A stretch of 64,000 nucleotides of DNA from a virus (IMGVR_UViG_3300005827_000042:1-64000), one strand, 5' to 3'; positions 1 through 9,528 are shown, numbered from the stretch's first letter. Numbers and translations are program-made. Notes: generated from the sequence alone by a model not told the origin.

Positions 1-2
1 AT

Positions 3-161
3 AACATGGATATTTGGATTATGATGCCGGATGGACGTGCGCATGCTCTTGTTCGTATCAGCACTGATGCGGAAGGAGTTATCCGGGTGATGTCGTCCAT
101 CCCCGTCTCTGTGTCCAAGCTTGATGAAAAGCCTCATCAAGTATTAATGAAATCTGGGTAG
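3..161 (+). CDS. hypothetical protein, possibly 5'-truncated at window edge
   Basis: Frame open from window start to TAG 159-161 (first ATG at 6). 51 codons, so below the ORF-track cutoff. Same strand and tight spacing as downstream genes. Confidence 0.3.
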   Translation, partial: NMDIWIMMPDGRAHALVRISTDAEGVIRVMSSIPVSVSKLDEKPHQVLMKSG

Positions 162-198
162 TGATACAGTAAAATATCCATAAGAATAGGAGATAAGA

Positions 199-594
199 AT
201 GAAAAAAGAATTGGTAAAAACATTTCCGGTGCTTGGCACCTTGTTCATTGGAAATTACAGTTACTACGCAATCGGTATGGTGAAAGTTGCAAATGCGGAC
301 GGTAGTCCTGTAAATCAGATTGGTTGGCTGGTTACTCCAACTATTCCGCTCAATCCTGATCCCAATAACCATACCAGTAACCGAGTACATGATGTACCCA
401 AGTTAGTGATTGGCGCTCCGTTTATGTCCAACGGTAGTGTTAAGCTGTTTATTGATGTTGTGAATCCAAATTGGAATGATGACGATGAAGAGGAGATTGT
501 GTATGAAACTGATGTAAATGTAGCTGTAGAACTCCCCATTACCAATGACGAGTGGAACCATATTCTTGAATACGTTGAAAAAATTGGAGAATAG
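199..594 (+). CDS. hypothetical protein
   Basis: 131-aa ORF with GGAG RBS (aataGGAGataagaATG). No recognisable motifs. Confidence 0.6.
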   Translation: MKKELVKTFPVLGTLFIGNYSYYAIGMVKVANADGSPVNQIGWLVTPTIPLNPDPNNHTSNRVHDVPKLVIGAPFMSNGSVKLFIDVVNPNWNDDDEEEIVYETDVNVAVELPITNDEWNHILEYVEKIGE

Positions 595-597
595 CAA

Positions 598-1479
598 ATG
601 AAACTGACGAAGCAGAAGTTTGAAAAGCCTGTGAACGGTGTGGGAACTGTGAAGCTTGGACGTAACTCTTGGAGCATTGAAGTCCTGCATCGCAATGATA
701 AGGGGAAGGAAGACACTACCCGGTTTTCGTTCAAACTGGACGATCTGCCGGAGAACCTGCCGGAAGAGTTCGCCCTGAAGAATGGTAAGGCGTACTTTGT
801 GAGTGTTCGGGCAGATGGTTCTGCCATCAACCAACTGCGCCCGGCCAAGGGCATGTTCAACATGAAGTGTTCTGGCCTTGCGAAAGACGATGATGGGAAC
901 ATTCTGGTGCTTGAACGTACGGGCCAATACGGTAAGTATTGGCAGTTCATTGCTGAAATGATCGTGACCAGTGGTGAGAACAAGGGCATTCTGTATCCGC
1001 TCTATCTGCCGCTCGGTGACGAAGGCAAAAACGGCCCGCGCTACCGGTTTGTGCCTGACGATGACGGTAACTTCACGGTTGTTGGAAACCCGGATAAGAG
1101 CAAGAATGTCGCTCAGTTGTTTGACTTCATCACTTGCACTGGCCTTGCTGACGTGGAAATCCCCTTCCCTGAAGGCGATCCGGAAGACCTGGATGTGCAG
1201 GAAGTTCTGGAAGTGATCGACAAGAATGTGCGGAAACTGAAGCGCACCTTCCAGATTATCGTTGAGAATGGCTACCCAACTAAGCTGGGGGACTTCAACG
1301 GTGATACCGAAGATGAAGACGAAGATGCTCCGGAAGAGGTGGACGAAACAGAGGAAGAAGAAACTCCTAAGACTCGCACTGCGAAAGCCAAAGCCACTGG
1401 CAAGAAAGCGGCAGAAGCTGACGAAGATGACGAGGAAGAAGTGAAGCCTCGCAAGCGTCCGAAGTTTGACGAAGACTAA
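598..1479 (+). CDS. putative ssDNA-binding protein (acidic C-terminal tail)
   Basis: GGAG RBS. 293 aa with a long acidic C-terminus (..EADEDDEEEVKPRKRPKFDED), as in phage SSBs. Sits at the head of the replication module. Function by analogy only. Confidence 0.4.
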   Translation: MKLTKQKFEKPVNGVGTVKLGRNSWSIEVLHRNDKGKEDTTRFSFKLDDLPENLPEEFALKNGKAYFVSVRADGSAINQLRPAKGMFNMKCSGLAKDDDGNILVLERTGQYGKYWQFIAEMIVTSGENKGILYPLYLPLGDEGKNGPRYRFVPDDDGNFTVVGNPDKSKNVAQLFDFITCTGLADVEIPFPEGDPEDLDVQEVLEVIDKNVRKLKRTFQIIVENGYPTKLGDFNGDTEDEDEDAPEEVDETEEEETPKTRTAKAKATGKKAAEADEDDEEEVKPRKRPKFDED

Positions 1480-1490
1480 GCACTACATGG

Positions 1491-1514
1491 GGGGAGGGGT
1501 TTCAACCCCTCCCC
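1491..1514 (+). terminator. GC-rich stem-loop downstream of the putative SSB gene (no U-tract)
   Basis: GGGGAGGGG-tttcaa-CCCCTCCCC, 9-bp perfect stem, 12 nt after the stop at 1479. Confidence 0.45.
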
Positions 1515-1521
1515 TAAACAT

Positions 1522-1872
1522 ATGCAGGATGGCCTATATCATCGAACGGTATACTTTCCAGTAGGCATCACAAAGAACATACCTCTGGAATATGCCAATA
1601 TTTATTACTCGAAACACGCAATGAGTATTGCTAAGGAAAGAGACATAAAACTTCCTAATACAATACTATGTGCTGAAGAGAGTATATTTGAAGTCAGGAT
1701 ACAGGATGGGTGCATAACTACGGCTTGTTTTCGTTTACCATACTCTACCGTATTTGAGCTATCGGTAGTGTTTAGGTATTATGAAGACAAGATAGTTGCG
1801 ATCACAGTATGGAAAAATGAATTAAACAAGCCACACCCAATACAAGAGTGTAGATATGTCCAAGCAAACTGA
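1522..1872 (+). CDS. hypothetical protein
   Basis: 116-aa ORF in an operon-like series; no motifs recognised. Confidence 0.5.
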   Translation: MQDGLYHRTVYFPVGITKNIPLEYANIYYSKHAMSIAKERDIKLPNTILCAEESIFEVRIQDGCITTACFRLPYSTVFELSVVFRYYEDKIVAITVWKNELNKPHPIQECRYVQAN

Positions 1873-2191
1873 CGTAAAAGTACCGCCTACGGATGGTCAG
1901 TTCTCTTGGCAACAATTTTGGCAGTATTTCAAATCAGATATTTGTGATAGTGAAATGCGTAAGTTCACCCTTCGACACTTGAATCTGGTGAACAGTATTC
2001 GTGGAGCTATGAGTTCTGTACAGGTAGAAATACTAGAGTATGCCCCACGTGAAATCATTACACACCCACTGATAGTTGCAGTCATGGAGGAAGATGCAAA
2101 AAGAATCTTGATGGTCGCTAATAACTCACCCCCTAGGATGCCATCTGAGGAGGACATTGAAAAATATCTAAAGAATAGGAAGCCGCCATGA
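1856..2191 (+). CDS. hypothetical protein
   Basis: 111-aa ORF; overlaps neighbours by 17 and 4 nt (translational coupling). Confidence 0.5.
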   Translation: MSKQTDVKVPPTDGQFSWQQFWQYFKSDICDSEMRKFTLRHLNLVNSIRGAMSSVQVEILEYAPREIITHPLIVAVMEEDAKRILMVANNSPPRMPSEEDIEKYLKNRKPP

Positions 2192-3078
2192 AAGTAATAC
2201 CTAAGCAGAACAAGGCACTACAAGAAACTGTGGCAAATAGGTTGAATGGCGTACAATGGCACGGGCACTACTTCACAAGTGTGTGCCCGTTCCATCATTC
2301 TATACCAGTAAGGGCGAGTATGTTTGTGTACCCTGACGGGTATAGGTGTGCCAGTTGTAGTGCTTATGGTACTCTGGACTATCTGAACAAAAGTCTAAAT
2401 GGTCTTCGGGTTTCTCACATCACTACAGAAGAAGTAGTAGACGAGAAGCCCGAATGGTCTAAGTATTTGAAAGAACACGGTTCGTATCGTGCTGCTGCTA
2501 CTCATGCCTACCGAATAATTCAAGAGTTTCCCGTACTTGGAAACTACTTTGCAGACCGTGGCCTTGGTAACATAATCAAGGCAGGCAAGGTTGGTTATAT
2601 TGATGGGTGGTATTCATTCCCTATCTTTGATGAAGACAATAACTTTGTAGACTGGGTATTGCGGGCATCTCAACACAAAACTACAACTACTAAATACGCT
2701 GTACGTCCTCGTCTGAATAAGCGGGACGTATTTAGTTTATATGCAGCGGATTGGGATTTGGTAAATTCTTCCAATGAGTTATATGTACCGTTCGGTATGC
2801 TGGATATGTGGACACTGCACCTGTGTGGATTTCCAGCAGCTACTGGATTACTTGGCAAGTCCCACAAGTCAGAGTGGTTTGATGGTATCCGTAAGCCTAT
2901 CTACCTGATACCCGACCTTGGAGAGGAAAGTGAAGCCTATAAATTTGCTAAACAACTTGGATGGAGGGGGAGAGTGCTTAGATTAGCATACCCGAAATAC
3001 TGTAAAGATCCTAATGACATTCTTAAGATGTACGGGAAAGATGAAGTTATACTCAAGATACAGGAGAGCAAGGAATGA
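2188..3078 (+). CDS. DNA primase (CHC2 zinc finger + Toprim-like)
   Basis: CPFHH..(x)..CASCSAYG zinc-finger pattern at the N-terminus. Toprim-like IYLIPDLGEESEAY acidic cluster near the C-terminus. ATGA overlap with the upstream gene. Confidence 0.7.
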   Translation: MKVIPKQNKALQETVANRLNGVQWHGHYFTSVCPFHHSIPVRASMFVYPDGYRCASCSAYGTLDYLNKSLNGLRVSHITTEEVVDEKPEWSKYLKEHGSYRAAATHAYRIIQEFPVLGNYFADRGLGNIIKAGKVGYIDGWYSFPIFDEDNNFVDWVLRASQHKTTTTKYAVRPRLNKRDVFSLYAADWDLVNSSNELYVPFGMLDMWTLHLCGFPAATGLLGKSHKSEWFDGIRKPIYLIPDLGEESEAYKFAKQLGWRGRVLRLAYPKYCKDPNDILKMYGKDEVILKIQESKE

Positions 3079-3293
3079 AAATAAAGTATGGCAATACTAC
3101 TCTGTCTATACACGGCGATCATGGTAACTTTGAAAATAAGATTGCGATTGTGTTTAGTATTGGAGACGAGAACGACCTATTTTCTCAATTCAGAGTTTGG
3201 TTAGACTATAGCTCTGCTATTGATCTGGCTAATTTGATTATTGATACCGTGAACGAATATAGAAATAAAGATGAGGATTGGGTGAGTAAATGA
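3075..3293 (+). CDS. hypothetical protein
   Basis: 72-aa ORF; ATGA-type overlaps at both ends. Confidence 0.5.
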   Translation: MKIKYGNTTLSIHGDHGNFENKIAIVFSIGDENDLFSQFRVWLDYSSAIDLANLIIDTVNEYRNKDEDWVSK

Positions 3294-3442
3294 TTGACCT
3301 ACTTACTAGCATATTAGTGGTTTTGCTTTTCCCCGCGCTATTAATTGTGTTGTTTTGGTGCGGATTCTCCGTATTGTTTGTATTATTTTATGTGGTGGAT
3401 TGGGTTGGAGACGCCCTCGGAAAGATGATGGATAAGCGATGA
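3290..3442 (+). CDS. small membrane protein (50 aa)
   Basis: Read by hand: MIDLLTSILVVLLFPALLIVLFWCGFSVLFVLFYVVDWVGDALGKMMDKR. ATGA overlaps with both flanking genes. Fills an otherwise unexplained 146-nt gap. Confidence 0.5.
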   Translation: MIDLLTSILVVLLFPALLIVLFWCGFSVLFVLFYVVDWVGDALGKMMDKR

Positions 3443-4953
3443 AACTCAATAATCTTGGTACTCCTAAGGCAGGAACGTTTGTCCCCAGCAAATATCAGCA
3501 GGCCCTGTTTGATTGGGCCGCTGATAATGCTGGAACCTCTAATGCCGCTGTAGTAAATGCAGTGGCTGGAAGTGGCAAGTCAAAGTCACTGAATGAATTG
3601 ACTGTACGGGTCGGGCATAAGTATGGTCGCATTGCCAGCCTCGCTTTCAACTCACACATCGCCAAAGAAACCAAACAGAAGACTACAGTACGCAATGTGG
3701 ACGTGCGTACTTACCATTCGCTCGGCCTTTCTGCTATCCGTAAAGTCTATCCGAAAGTAAAGATTGACGATAATGGCGGTAAGGTAGAAATGCTTGTGAA
3801 GAGTAAACTTATTGCCGGAAATCTGTTCTTCCTGATCCCGTCTATCAAGCGGCTGGTTTCTCTTTGTAAGGCATTTGCTATCAACAATCCAGGGGATGAG
3901 TTTCTATATGATACTGCGCTGAACTTCTCGATTGAATTGTTCGAGGATCGGAGTGCTGAAACTAAATATCGTATTTTTGACAGTGTTAGGTTTGCCCTTA
4001 TCCGTTCATTGGAGACTGCGGATCAGCTTATTGACTTCGATGATATGATCTTTGTACCAGTCGTGTTGGGATTTACTCCAGACACATACGACCTAATTCT
4101 GGCTGACGAATTTCAGGACACTAATCTGGCCCAGGCCATGCTGATTGAGATGGCAAAGGCTGGAGTCCTTGTTGGGGTTGGTGATCCTCAGCAGAGTATC
4201 TACGCCTTTCGTGGGGCAAATAGCTCAGCTATGGATAGTCTGGTTGAGAAGTTTGGGGCAGTGCAGCTTCCTCTCAGTATCTCCTATCGCTGCCCTATGG
4301 CAGTCGGGAATCTTGTGCGTGAACAGTTCCCCCATATCAAGTTTGAGTCCCCTGATTGGGCTATCGCGGGTAGTGTCTCTGATGGGGACATCTCCAAGTT
4401 ACTTGATAATATGCAGGATGGTGATATTGTAATATCTCGGGTAAACGCCAACCTGCCCAAGATCGCATTCAACCTGATTCGTAAAGGTAAAACTGCACGT
4501 ATTCTTGGTAGGGATATTGGTCGTTCACTCAAGGCTTTGATTGAGAAAATGAAAGCGGATAGTGTTGGCGACCTTTTTGTTAGGTTGAAGAAATATCAGG
4601 ATGCGCAAGTATCTAAAATGCTTCAACTTGGCAAGACCGGTATGGCTGGACAGGTGATAGATCAAGTAGAGACAATCACGGCACTTTCAGAAGGTGCCAA
4701 TAGCGTGTACGATATTATTACACGGTGTCAAACCATGTTCGATGATGAGCAAATCGGTATCAGTCTTGGAACTATTCATAAGCACAAGGGACGGGAGGCC
4801 AAGAATGTGTACGTATCACGCCCCGACCTTATCCCACTGGAATTCGTGATGAAGAAGGGGACACTTGAAGATAAGCAGCAGGAATTGAATATGAAATATG
4901 TGAGTTTCACAAGAAGTACAGAGAACTTAGTTTTTGCATATGGAGAACTATAA
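3439..4953 (+). CDS. UvrD/Rep/PcrA-like SF1 DNA helicase
   Basis: Motif I AGSGKSKS, motif II ILADEFQDTN, motif III VGDPQQSIYAFRGA, motif V-like TIHKHKGREAKNVYV. Confidence 0.85.
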   Translation: MKLNNLGTPKAGTFVPSKYQQALFDWAADNAGTSNAAVVNAVAGSGKSKSLNELTVRVGHKYGRIASLAFNSHIAKETKQKTTVRNVDVRTYHSLGLSAIRKVYPKVKIDDNGGKVEMLVKSKLIAGNLFFLIPSIKRLVSLCKAFAINNPGDEFLYDTALNFSIELFEDRSAETKYRIFDSVRFALIRSLETADQLIDFDDMIFVPVVLGFTPDTYDLILADEFQDTNLAQAMLIEMAKAGVLVGVGDPQQSIYAFRGANSSAMDSLVEKFGAVQLPLSISYRCPMAVGNLVREQFPHIKFESPDWAIAGSVSDGDISKLLDNMQDGDIVISRVNANLPKIAFNLIRKGKTARILGRDIGRSLKALIEKMKADSVGDLFVRLKKYQDAQVSKMLQLGKTGMAGQVIDQVETITALSEGANSVYDIITRCQTMFDDEQIGISLGTIHKHKGREAKNVYVSRPDLIPLEFVMKKGTLEDKQQELNMKYVSFTRSTENLVFAYGEL

Positions 4954-4955
4954 AT

Positions 4956-5231
4956 ATGAATAATAGTGTGGACACCGATCTTGTTTGTCAGATGCTAAGA
5001 CTGTGGTCATACCGTTTTGGAGATAGCGTAGCAGTAAAATTCTATCAAAATGGTTCTTGTGATTTAGTAGATTGGAAGAATGACCTAATTAGAACGGCTA
5101 AATCTTTCGATGATCTGATAAAAAGTTGCCCTCCCTGTATTCATCCTAAAGAAAAACAACGTAGAGGGATTCTTTGGGGTGAATATACCGGACATATTAT
5201 TTGCGATCTTTGTGGTGCTCAAATTAGTTAG
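4956..5231 (+). CDS. hypothetical Cys-containing protein
   Basis: 91-aa ORF with GGAG RBS. C-terminal CPPC...C..CG pattern suggests a zinc ribbon. Confidence 0.5.
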   Translation: MNNSVDTDLVCQMLRLWSYRFGDSVAVKFYQNGSCDLVDWKNDLIRTAKSFDDLIKSCPPCIHPKEKQRRGILWGEYTGHIICDLCGAQIS

Positions 5232-5239
5232 GAGATAAT

Positions 5240-6484
5240 ATGCCGAAAACAGTTACTGATTGGCGGTCCGTATCTGAAATTTGTATGGGCCTTATCCTTA
5301 CTGGTCGGGTTGATATGTCAAAATTCAACCCGACAATGTTCTGTGATGGGTTTGAAGAAGGATTTGAAGAGTGGTTCAAGTCGAAGAATAAGACGGCGGT
5401 AGCCCGCAAGCTGGGGGCTGATTACGAAGTCGCTATTCAAGCCGCTTCCACCGTATCCGATGACTCAGCAAATGAGGTTGAGTGGCATAAGATTCTGGCA
5501 CGTGCTGGCAACCTGTACCAACTTGGAGAGAAGACCGAGCGTATCTCGAAGAAGTTGAAGCAAGGCATTGATATCGACTCTCAGGATGCAATGCAAATTG
5601 CATCGTCATTCAAAGATGTGGCTAATCCTGAAAGTCTTGGGTTGACCGTATCGAATGAGATTGATGTTGACCAGTTTGAACCTACGGAATTGTCTGGATA
5701 CGCCCCCATCGATACCCACCTCGGAGGCATGGTTCAGTCTGGTAACATTCTGGTGATGGGTACTACAGGTGTAGGTAAGTCGCTATTTACTCAGCAGTTC
5801 TGGGGCCACTGGTTGGAACGATATCCCGACCGTAAGATTGGGATTTGGTCACTGGAAATGACCAATCAGCAGTACCTGTACCGTGGCTTGAAATTATTCC
5901 CCAAGTTCAAGAAAGCCCATGAAGAAGGCCGCATTCTGGTGAGCGACCGCACCACCACAATCCACGACATTGGTATTGAAGCGGCTGCCGCAGGGGTGGA
6001 CGCCATTGTGGTTGACTACGTGGACTACTTGGTGCATGGCGAACCAGGTGAAGGCAAGTTCGCTGAGATTTATATTGAACAGAATAACATTTCCAGAAAC
6101 TTGAAGATCCCATTCATGATGCTGTTACAGCCCAACCGTAATAGCTACACAGGTGGCGTTCCGCGTATGTACCACGCCAGATACTCAGGTATGGCTGAAA
6201 ACATCTCTGCACAGTTCTGGGTGGTCTGGAAGCCCAACAGTGAAGAAGATACCAACGGTGATTTTGTGTATGTGGAAGACTCCATGTACATTATTGCCTG
6301 GAAGCAGCGGTTTGGCTGGTTGACTTCTAAACGTGCTCAAGAACTTGGTGTAGGAAGCACAGGTAGGAAGGGGCCTGGGGCTATCGTACTACCTATGTGT
6401 CAGAATGTCTGGAGTGATGAACCTGGAGAATGGCTTGTACATGGAGAGGTGCCGCATGAAATTAAGAAACGAAAACGAGACTGA
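5240..6484 (+). CDS. DnaB-like replicative helicase (RecA-fold C-terminal domain)
   Basis: Walker A GTTGVGKS, Walker B-like AIVVDYVDYL. 414 aa, AGGAG RBS, adjacent to primase and polymerase genes. Confidence 0.75.
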   Translation: MPKTVTDWRSVSEICMGLILTGRVDMSKFNPTMFCDGFEEGFEEWFKSKNKTAVARKLGADYEVAIQAASTVSDDSANEVEWHKILARAGNLYQLGEKTERISKKLKQGIDIDSQDAMQIASSFKDVANPESLGLTVSNEIDVDQFEPTELSGYAPIDTHLGGMVQSGNILVMGTTGVGKSLFTQQFWGHWLERYPDRKIGIWSLEMTNQQYLYRGLKLFPKFKKAHEEGRILVSDRTTTIHDIGIEAAAAGVDAIVVDYVDYLVHGEPGEGKFAEIYIEQNNISRNLKIPFMMLLQPNRNSYTGGVPRMYHARYSGMAENISAQFWVVWKPNSEEDTNGDFVYVEDSMYIIAWKQRFGWLTSKRAQELGVGSTGRKGPGAIVLPMCQNVWSDEPGEWLVHGEVPHEIKKRKRD

Positions 6485-6641
6485 GTTCACACATACCACT
6501 CCTAGTGGTATCGCAGTGAAGATTATAAGCACCGATGCACGAGGTTACTCACTCATGTCAAATGGTGCAATCATCCCACCTGATATGGAGTTCAAGTGGA
6601 GGAACGACAAGGCTAATGCTACTCTTATTTTTTCTGGGTAG
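6456..6641 (+). CDS. hypothetical protein
   Basis: Start re-assigned to ATG 6456 (GGAGAGG RBS) inside track ORF 6405-6641. Overlaps the helicase 3' end by 29 nt. Confidence 0.4.
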   Translation: MKLRNENETEFTHTTPSGIAVKIISTDARGYSLMSNGAIIPPDMEFKWRNDKANATLIFSG

Positions 6642-6661
6642 TTAAGCAATATAATAATTAT

Positions 6662-6786
6662 AAGTGGGCGGCGGCATGGAAAGCTGACATGCTAGACTGA
6701 CGAGTCTGATATTGCGGGAGACATGGTGCGCTTGAGCCGGGGATCAAGCCCGCGATAAGTAGGAGTAGCGACCTACCCGCCCACTT
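6662..6786 (+). ncRNA. unclassified compact multi-helix element (closing stem plus four hairpin arms)
   Basis: 10-bp closing helix AAGTGGGCGG/CCGCCCACTT (6662-6671/6777-6786). It encloses GCATG/CATGC, TAGACT/AGTCTG, GCGGG/CCCGC with nested CTTGA/TCAAG, and GTAGG/CCTAC. Intergenic, no credible ORF. Confidence 0.4.
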
Positions 6787-6802
6787 CAAACTTGGAGATA
6801 AA

Positions 6803-7114
6803 ATGAAGATCATTAATACCGCACAGGAACGACCGAAGAAGAAGACAGAATCACCTAAGAAACGTGGTGGAATTCCTCCAATCACGAAAGAAGAATTAGA
6901 TGATGTGAATAAGTGGATGGACGAACACAAAGATCATGGTGGATTCAAAACATCTGCTTGGTTCGGACTTCAATGGATGAGTTGTCCGTCATATGTAAAT
7001 GTAACTTGCGGATGTGATGCTACTTACATACGTGAACGGTATACGGACAAACCTGTCCGGTCATCTGGAGCATTGCAGAAACTGGGAACGAAAAATTCCG
7101 GGGGCAGGAATTGA
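6803..7114 (+). CDS. hypothetical protein
   Basis: 103-aa ORF, GGAG RBS (cttGGAGataaaATG), basic N-terminus. Confidence 0.5.
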   Translation: MKIINTAQERPKKKTESPKKRGGIPPITKEELDDVNKWMDEHKDHGGFKTSAWFGLQWMSCPSYVNVTCGCDATYIRERYTDKPVRSSGALQKLGTKNSGGRN

Positions 7115-7614
7115 CCAGCAAAATTCATTTGCATGGTAAACGTGGTCGCAAGCTGGTGCTACTGATTGACGATGCAGATTACTTATTAATCTACAGGATG
7201 AGGCCCTACATGGGATCGGAAGGCTATCCGATGGTGTACCGGGAAGGTAGTGCAGTTCCTGTACATTTGGTGGTAATGAGAGTAACACCTGAATATTTGA
7301 AGGAGAATAAGCTACTGGTCGATCATATTGACCTGAACAGACTAAATGCACAAAGCGGAAACTTGCGATTGGTAACTGCATCACAGAACATGCAGAACAA
7401 GGCACCTAAAGGAAAGTATAAAGGAGTCACAAAAAGAGGAAACAAGTTTGTAGCCAGGATATATCACAACTTAGAAGAAGTTTATCTTGGAAGTTTTAAT
7501 ACTGAAGAACAGGCGGCAGATGCCTATAACACTGCGGCTATCGAATACTATGGAGATGGAGCGAGAATAAATGACACTCAGATTTCAGCCGGACGACATT
7601 CAGATTCACTTTGA
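7111..7614 (+). CDS. HNH homing endonuclease with AP2 DNA-binding domain
   Basis: HNH_3-like VDHIDLNRLNAQSGNLRLVTASQN followed by AP2-like YKGVTKRGNKFVARIYHNLEEVYLGSFNTEEQAADAYN. Probable TTG start. Confidence 0.8.
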   Translation: MTSKIHLHGKRGRKLVLLIDDADYLLIYRMRPYMGSEGYPMVYREGSAVPVHLVVMRVTPEYLKENKLLVDHIDLNRLNAQSGNLRLVTASQNMQNKAPKGKYKGVTKRGNKFVARIYHNLEEVYLGSFNTEEQAADAYNTAAIEYYGDGARINDTQISAGRHSDSL

Positions 7615-9307
7615 ACTTCCACCTCGATATACTGATCTTGAGTATGTAGCAATCGACTCCGAGTTCTTCGGGCAGACACTGGAAAGACTGCATCGTCCCC
7701 ACGGTCGTTTTGCTTGTGTAGGCTGTACATCCAATGGGGTGGATGTGTACATGATATTTGATCCCTCCCAGATTCAAGAGTTCTACAATCGTATCGATGA
7801 CGGTATGCACCTATACCACAATGCGCAATATGACATTCGTCAACTGCGACGGTTTGCTAACATTCCTGACCGTAAGAAGTTGTGGGATGCAATGCTGATT
7901 GAGCAGATTCGATATCGTGGATATTACGACAGCTTTGCTCTGAATGATCTGGTGCGACGCTATACGGGTATCTACATGCCTAAGGATGTTCGGGACGAGT
8001 TCTCTGATGATGACCAGACAGAGATGACCGACGACCAGATTTTCTATGCAGCGTGTGATATTGTCGGCACCTGGATGGTTGGAACCAAACAAATTAGCGA
8101 AGTTGATGAGGATGACACGAATGTGTGGAAGCACATCGAACTTCCCTTCCTGTGGACACTGCTGGACTCTAATGGACCATACTTTGATGTAGCCAAATGG
8201 GAAGCCAGATACACGGAAGATGCTCGTCAGGCAGCGATGCTGGATGAGTCTATCCCGTTCAATCCACGCTCACCCAAGCAGGTGAAAGAATACTTCAAAC
8301 AGAACTTCAAGGTTACTCTGGATGGTACATCAGAGGGGGTCTTGAATGAATACCTGCTGGACAAGTATGGGATAAAGGAACTTGCGGATACCGAGGAAGT
8401 TAGGGAACTGATCGCTGCCCACAAAGACGTGGCAATTATTGTGGACATTCTCACTGCTCGTGGTCTGTCCAAGGCATCCAAGACTTACGGATGTAAGTGG
8501 GTCGATGCAGTTGAATCTGATGGACGCATCTATCCGTCATGGAAACAGATTGGTGCAGAAACCGGCCGTATGTCATGCTCTGGTGATATTCCGATCCAGA
8601 CGATGCCGCACGATAAGAAGTATCGTGAGTGCATCATTGCAGCCCCTGACCATCAGTTGTGTATCTGTGACTATTCGTCCCAGGAACCTAGATTACTGGC
8701 CTACATTACCAATGACCCTACCCTCATCCGCATCTTCCAAGAGAAGAAGGATGTGTATATCGAGGTTGGGTATGTGATCTTTGGTGAGAGATTTGACAAG
8801 AAAGACCCACGCCGTCAGCAGATGAAAGCAATCATTCTTGGTATCTCCTATGGAATGTCCAAGTATGGGCTGGCTGGGCGATTGGGTGTCTCTGTGGATG
8901 AAGCAGAAGAACTGCTTGACCTGTTCTATCACCACTTCCCCACAGTAAAGAAGTGGGTTGATAGTTGCGCTAAGTGGAAGCCCTATACCACCACAATTCT
9001 TGGTCGCAAGTTCTGGGGCAACCCATACTCAAATGGGTGGGAACGTAACTACCAGAATTTCCCCATGCAGGGTTCGGCGGTTGATTGTACGAAGATCGCA
9101 GCAGCTAAACTTCGTAAGAAGTTAGGCTATAACCCCTGTGAAATTTACATGCACGATGAGTTGGTCTGTGAATTCTCTAATGATAACCTTGAGGAAGGAT
9201 CAAAATTGATGGAAGAAACTATGGTTGAGGTTCAGGAGTGGATGCACCCAGGAATTCCTGGTGGGGTCGAGAAGTTTATTGGTAATGACTGGAGTGCCAA
9301 GAAATGA
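7571..9307 (+). CDS. family A DNA polymerase with 3'-5' exonuclease domain
   Basis: Exo motifs AIDSEF, NAQYDIRQL, YAACD. Pol A motif A DYSSQEPRLLA, motif B RQQMKAIILGISYG, motif C YMHDELV. Confidence 0.9.
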   Translation: MTLRFQPDDIQIHFELPPRYTDLEYVAIDSEFFGQTLERLHRPHGRFACVGCTSNGVDVYMIFDPSQIQEFYNRIDDGMHLYHNAQYDIRQLRRFANIPDRKKLWDAMLIEQIRYRGYYDSFALNDLVRRYTGIYMPKDVRDEFSDDDQTEMTDDQIFYAACDIVGTWMVGTKQISEVDEDDTNVWKHIELPFLWTLLDSNGPYFDVAKWEARYTEDARQAAMLDESIPFNPRSPKQVKEYFKQNFKVTLDGTSEGVLNEYLLDKYGIKELADTEEVRELIAAHKDVAIIVDILTARGLSKASKTYGCKWVDAVESDGRIYPSWKQIGAETGRMSCSGDIPIQTMPHDKKYRECIIAAPDHQLCICDYSSQEPRLLAYITNDPTLIRIFQEKKDVYIEVGYVIFGERFDKKDPRRQQMKAIILGISYGMSKYGLAGRLGVSVDEAEELLDLFYHHFPTVKKWVDSCAKWKPYTTTILGRKFWGNPYSNGWERNYQNFPMQGSAVDCTKIAAAKLRKKLGYNPCEIYMHDELVCEFSNDNLEEGSKLMEETMVEVQEWMHPGIPGGVEKFIGNDWSAKK

Positions 9308-9528
9308 GCTTGATAGTGATTGCACTGGTCACGGCGATGTTTGCTGTATGCGTTTTCTGTCTTGGATATTTACTTGCTGATATTCGCCTTAGCAAGGAAA
9401 TGGACGAACTGATTCAACACACCGTTTCTTGTCATGAACTTATCCAGACAATGGATGAGGAAATCAAACTGCATAAGCGCAAACACGAAATCAACGATCA
9501 GATTATTTCACACCTGGAGAATAAATAA
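9304..9528 (+). CDS. small membrane protein
   Basis: 74 aa, N-terminal hydrophobic helix, ATGA overlap with the polymerase stop. Confidence 0.5.
   Translation: MSLIVIALVTAMFAVCVFCLGYLLADIRLSKEMDELIQHTVSCHELIQTMDEEIKLHKRKHEINDQIISHLENK

Noticed and set aside
315-989. 224-aa and 174-aa - strand ORFs at the left end
   Set aside because: They are antisense to the RBS-supported + strand genes 199-594 and 598-1479. They have Ser/Leu-rich composition and sit in no operon context.
6731-6753. Possible tRNA T-arm (GGGGATCAAGCCC) inside the 6662-6786 element, and a tmRNA/tRNA-like interpretation
   Set aside because: Only 3 bp can pair around a 6-nt loop. There is no TTCRA loop, and the other arms have non-tRNA loop sizes.
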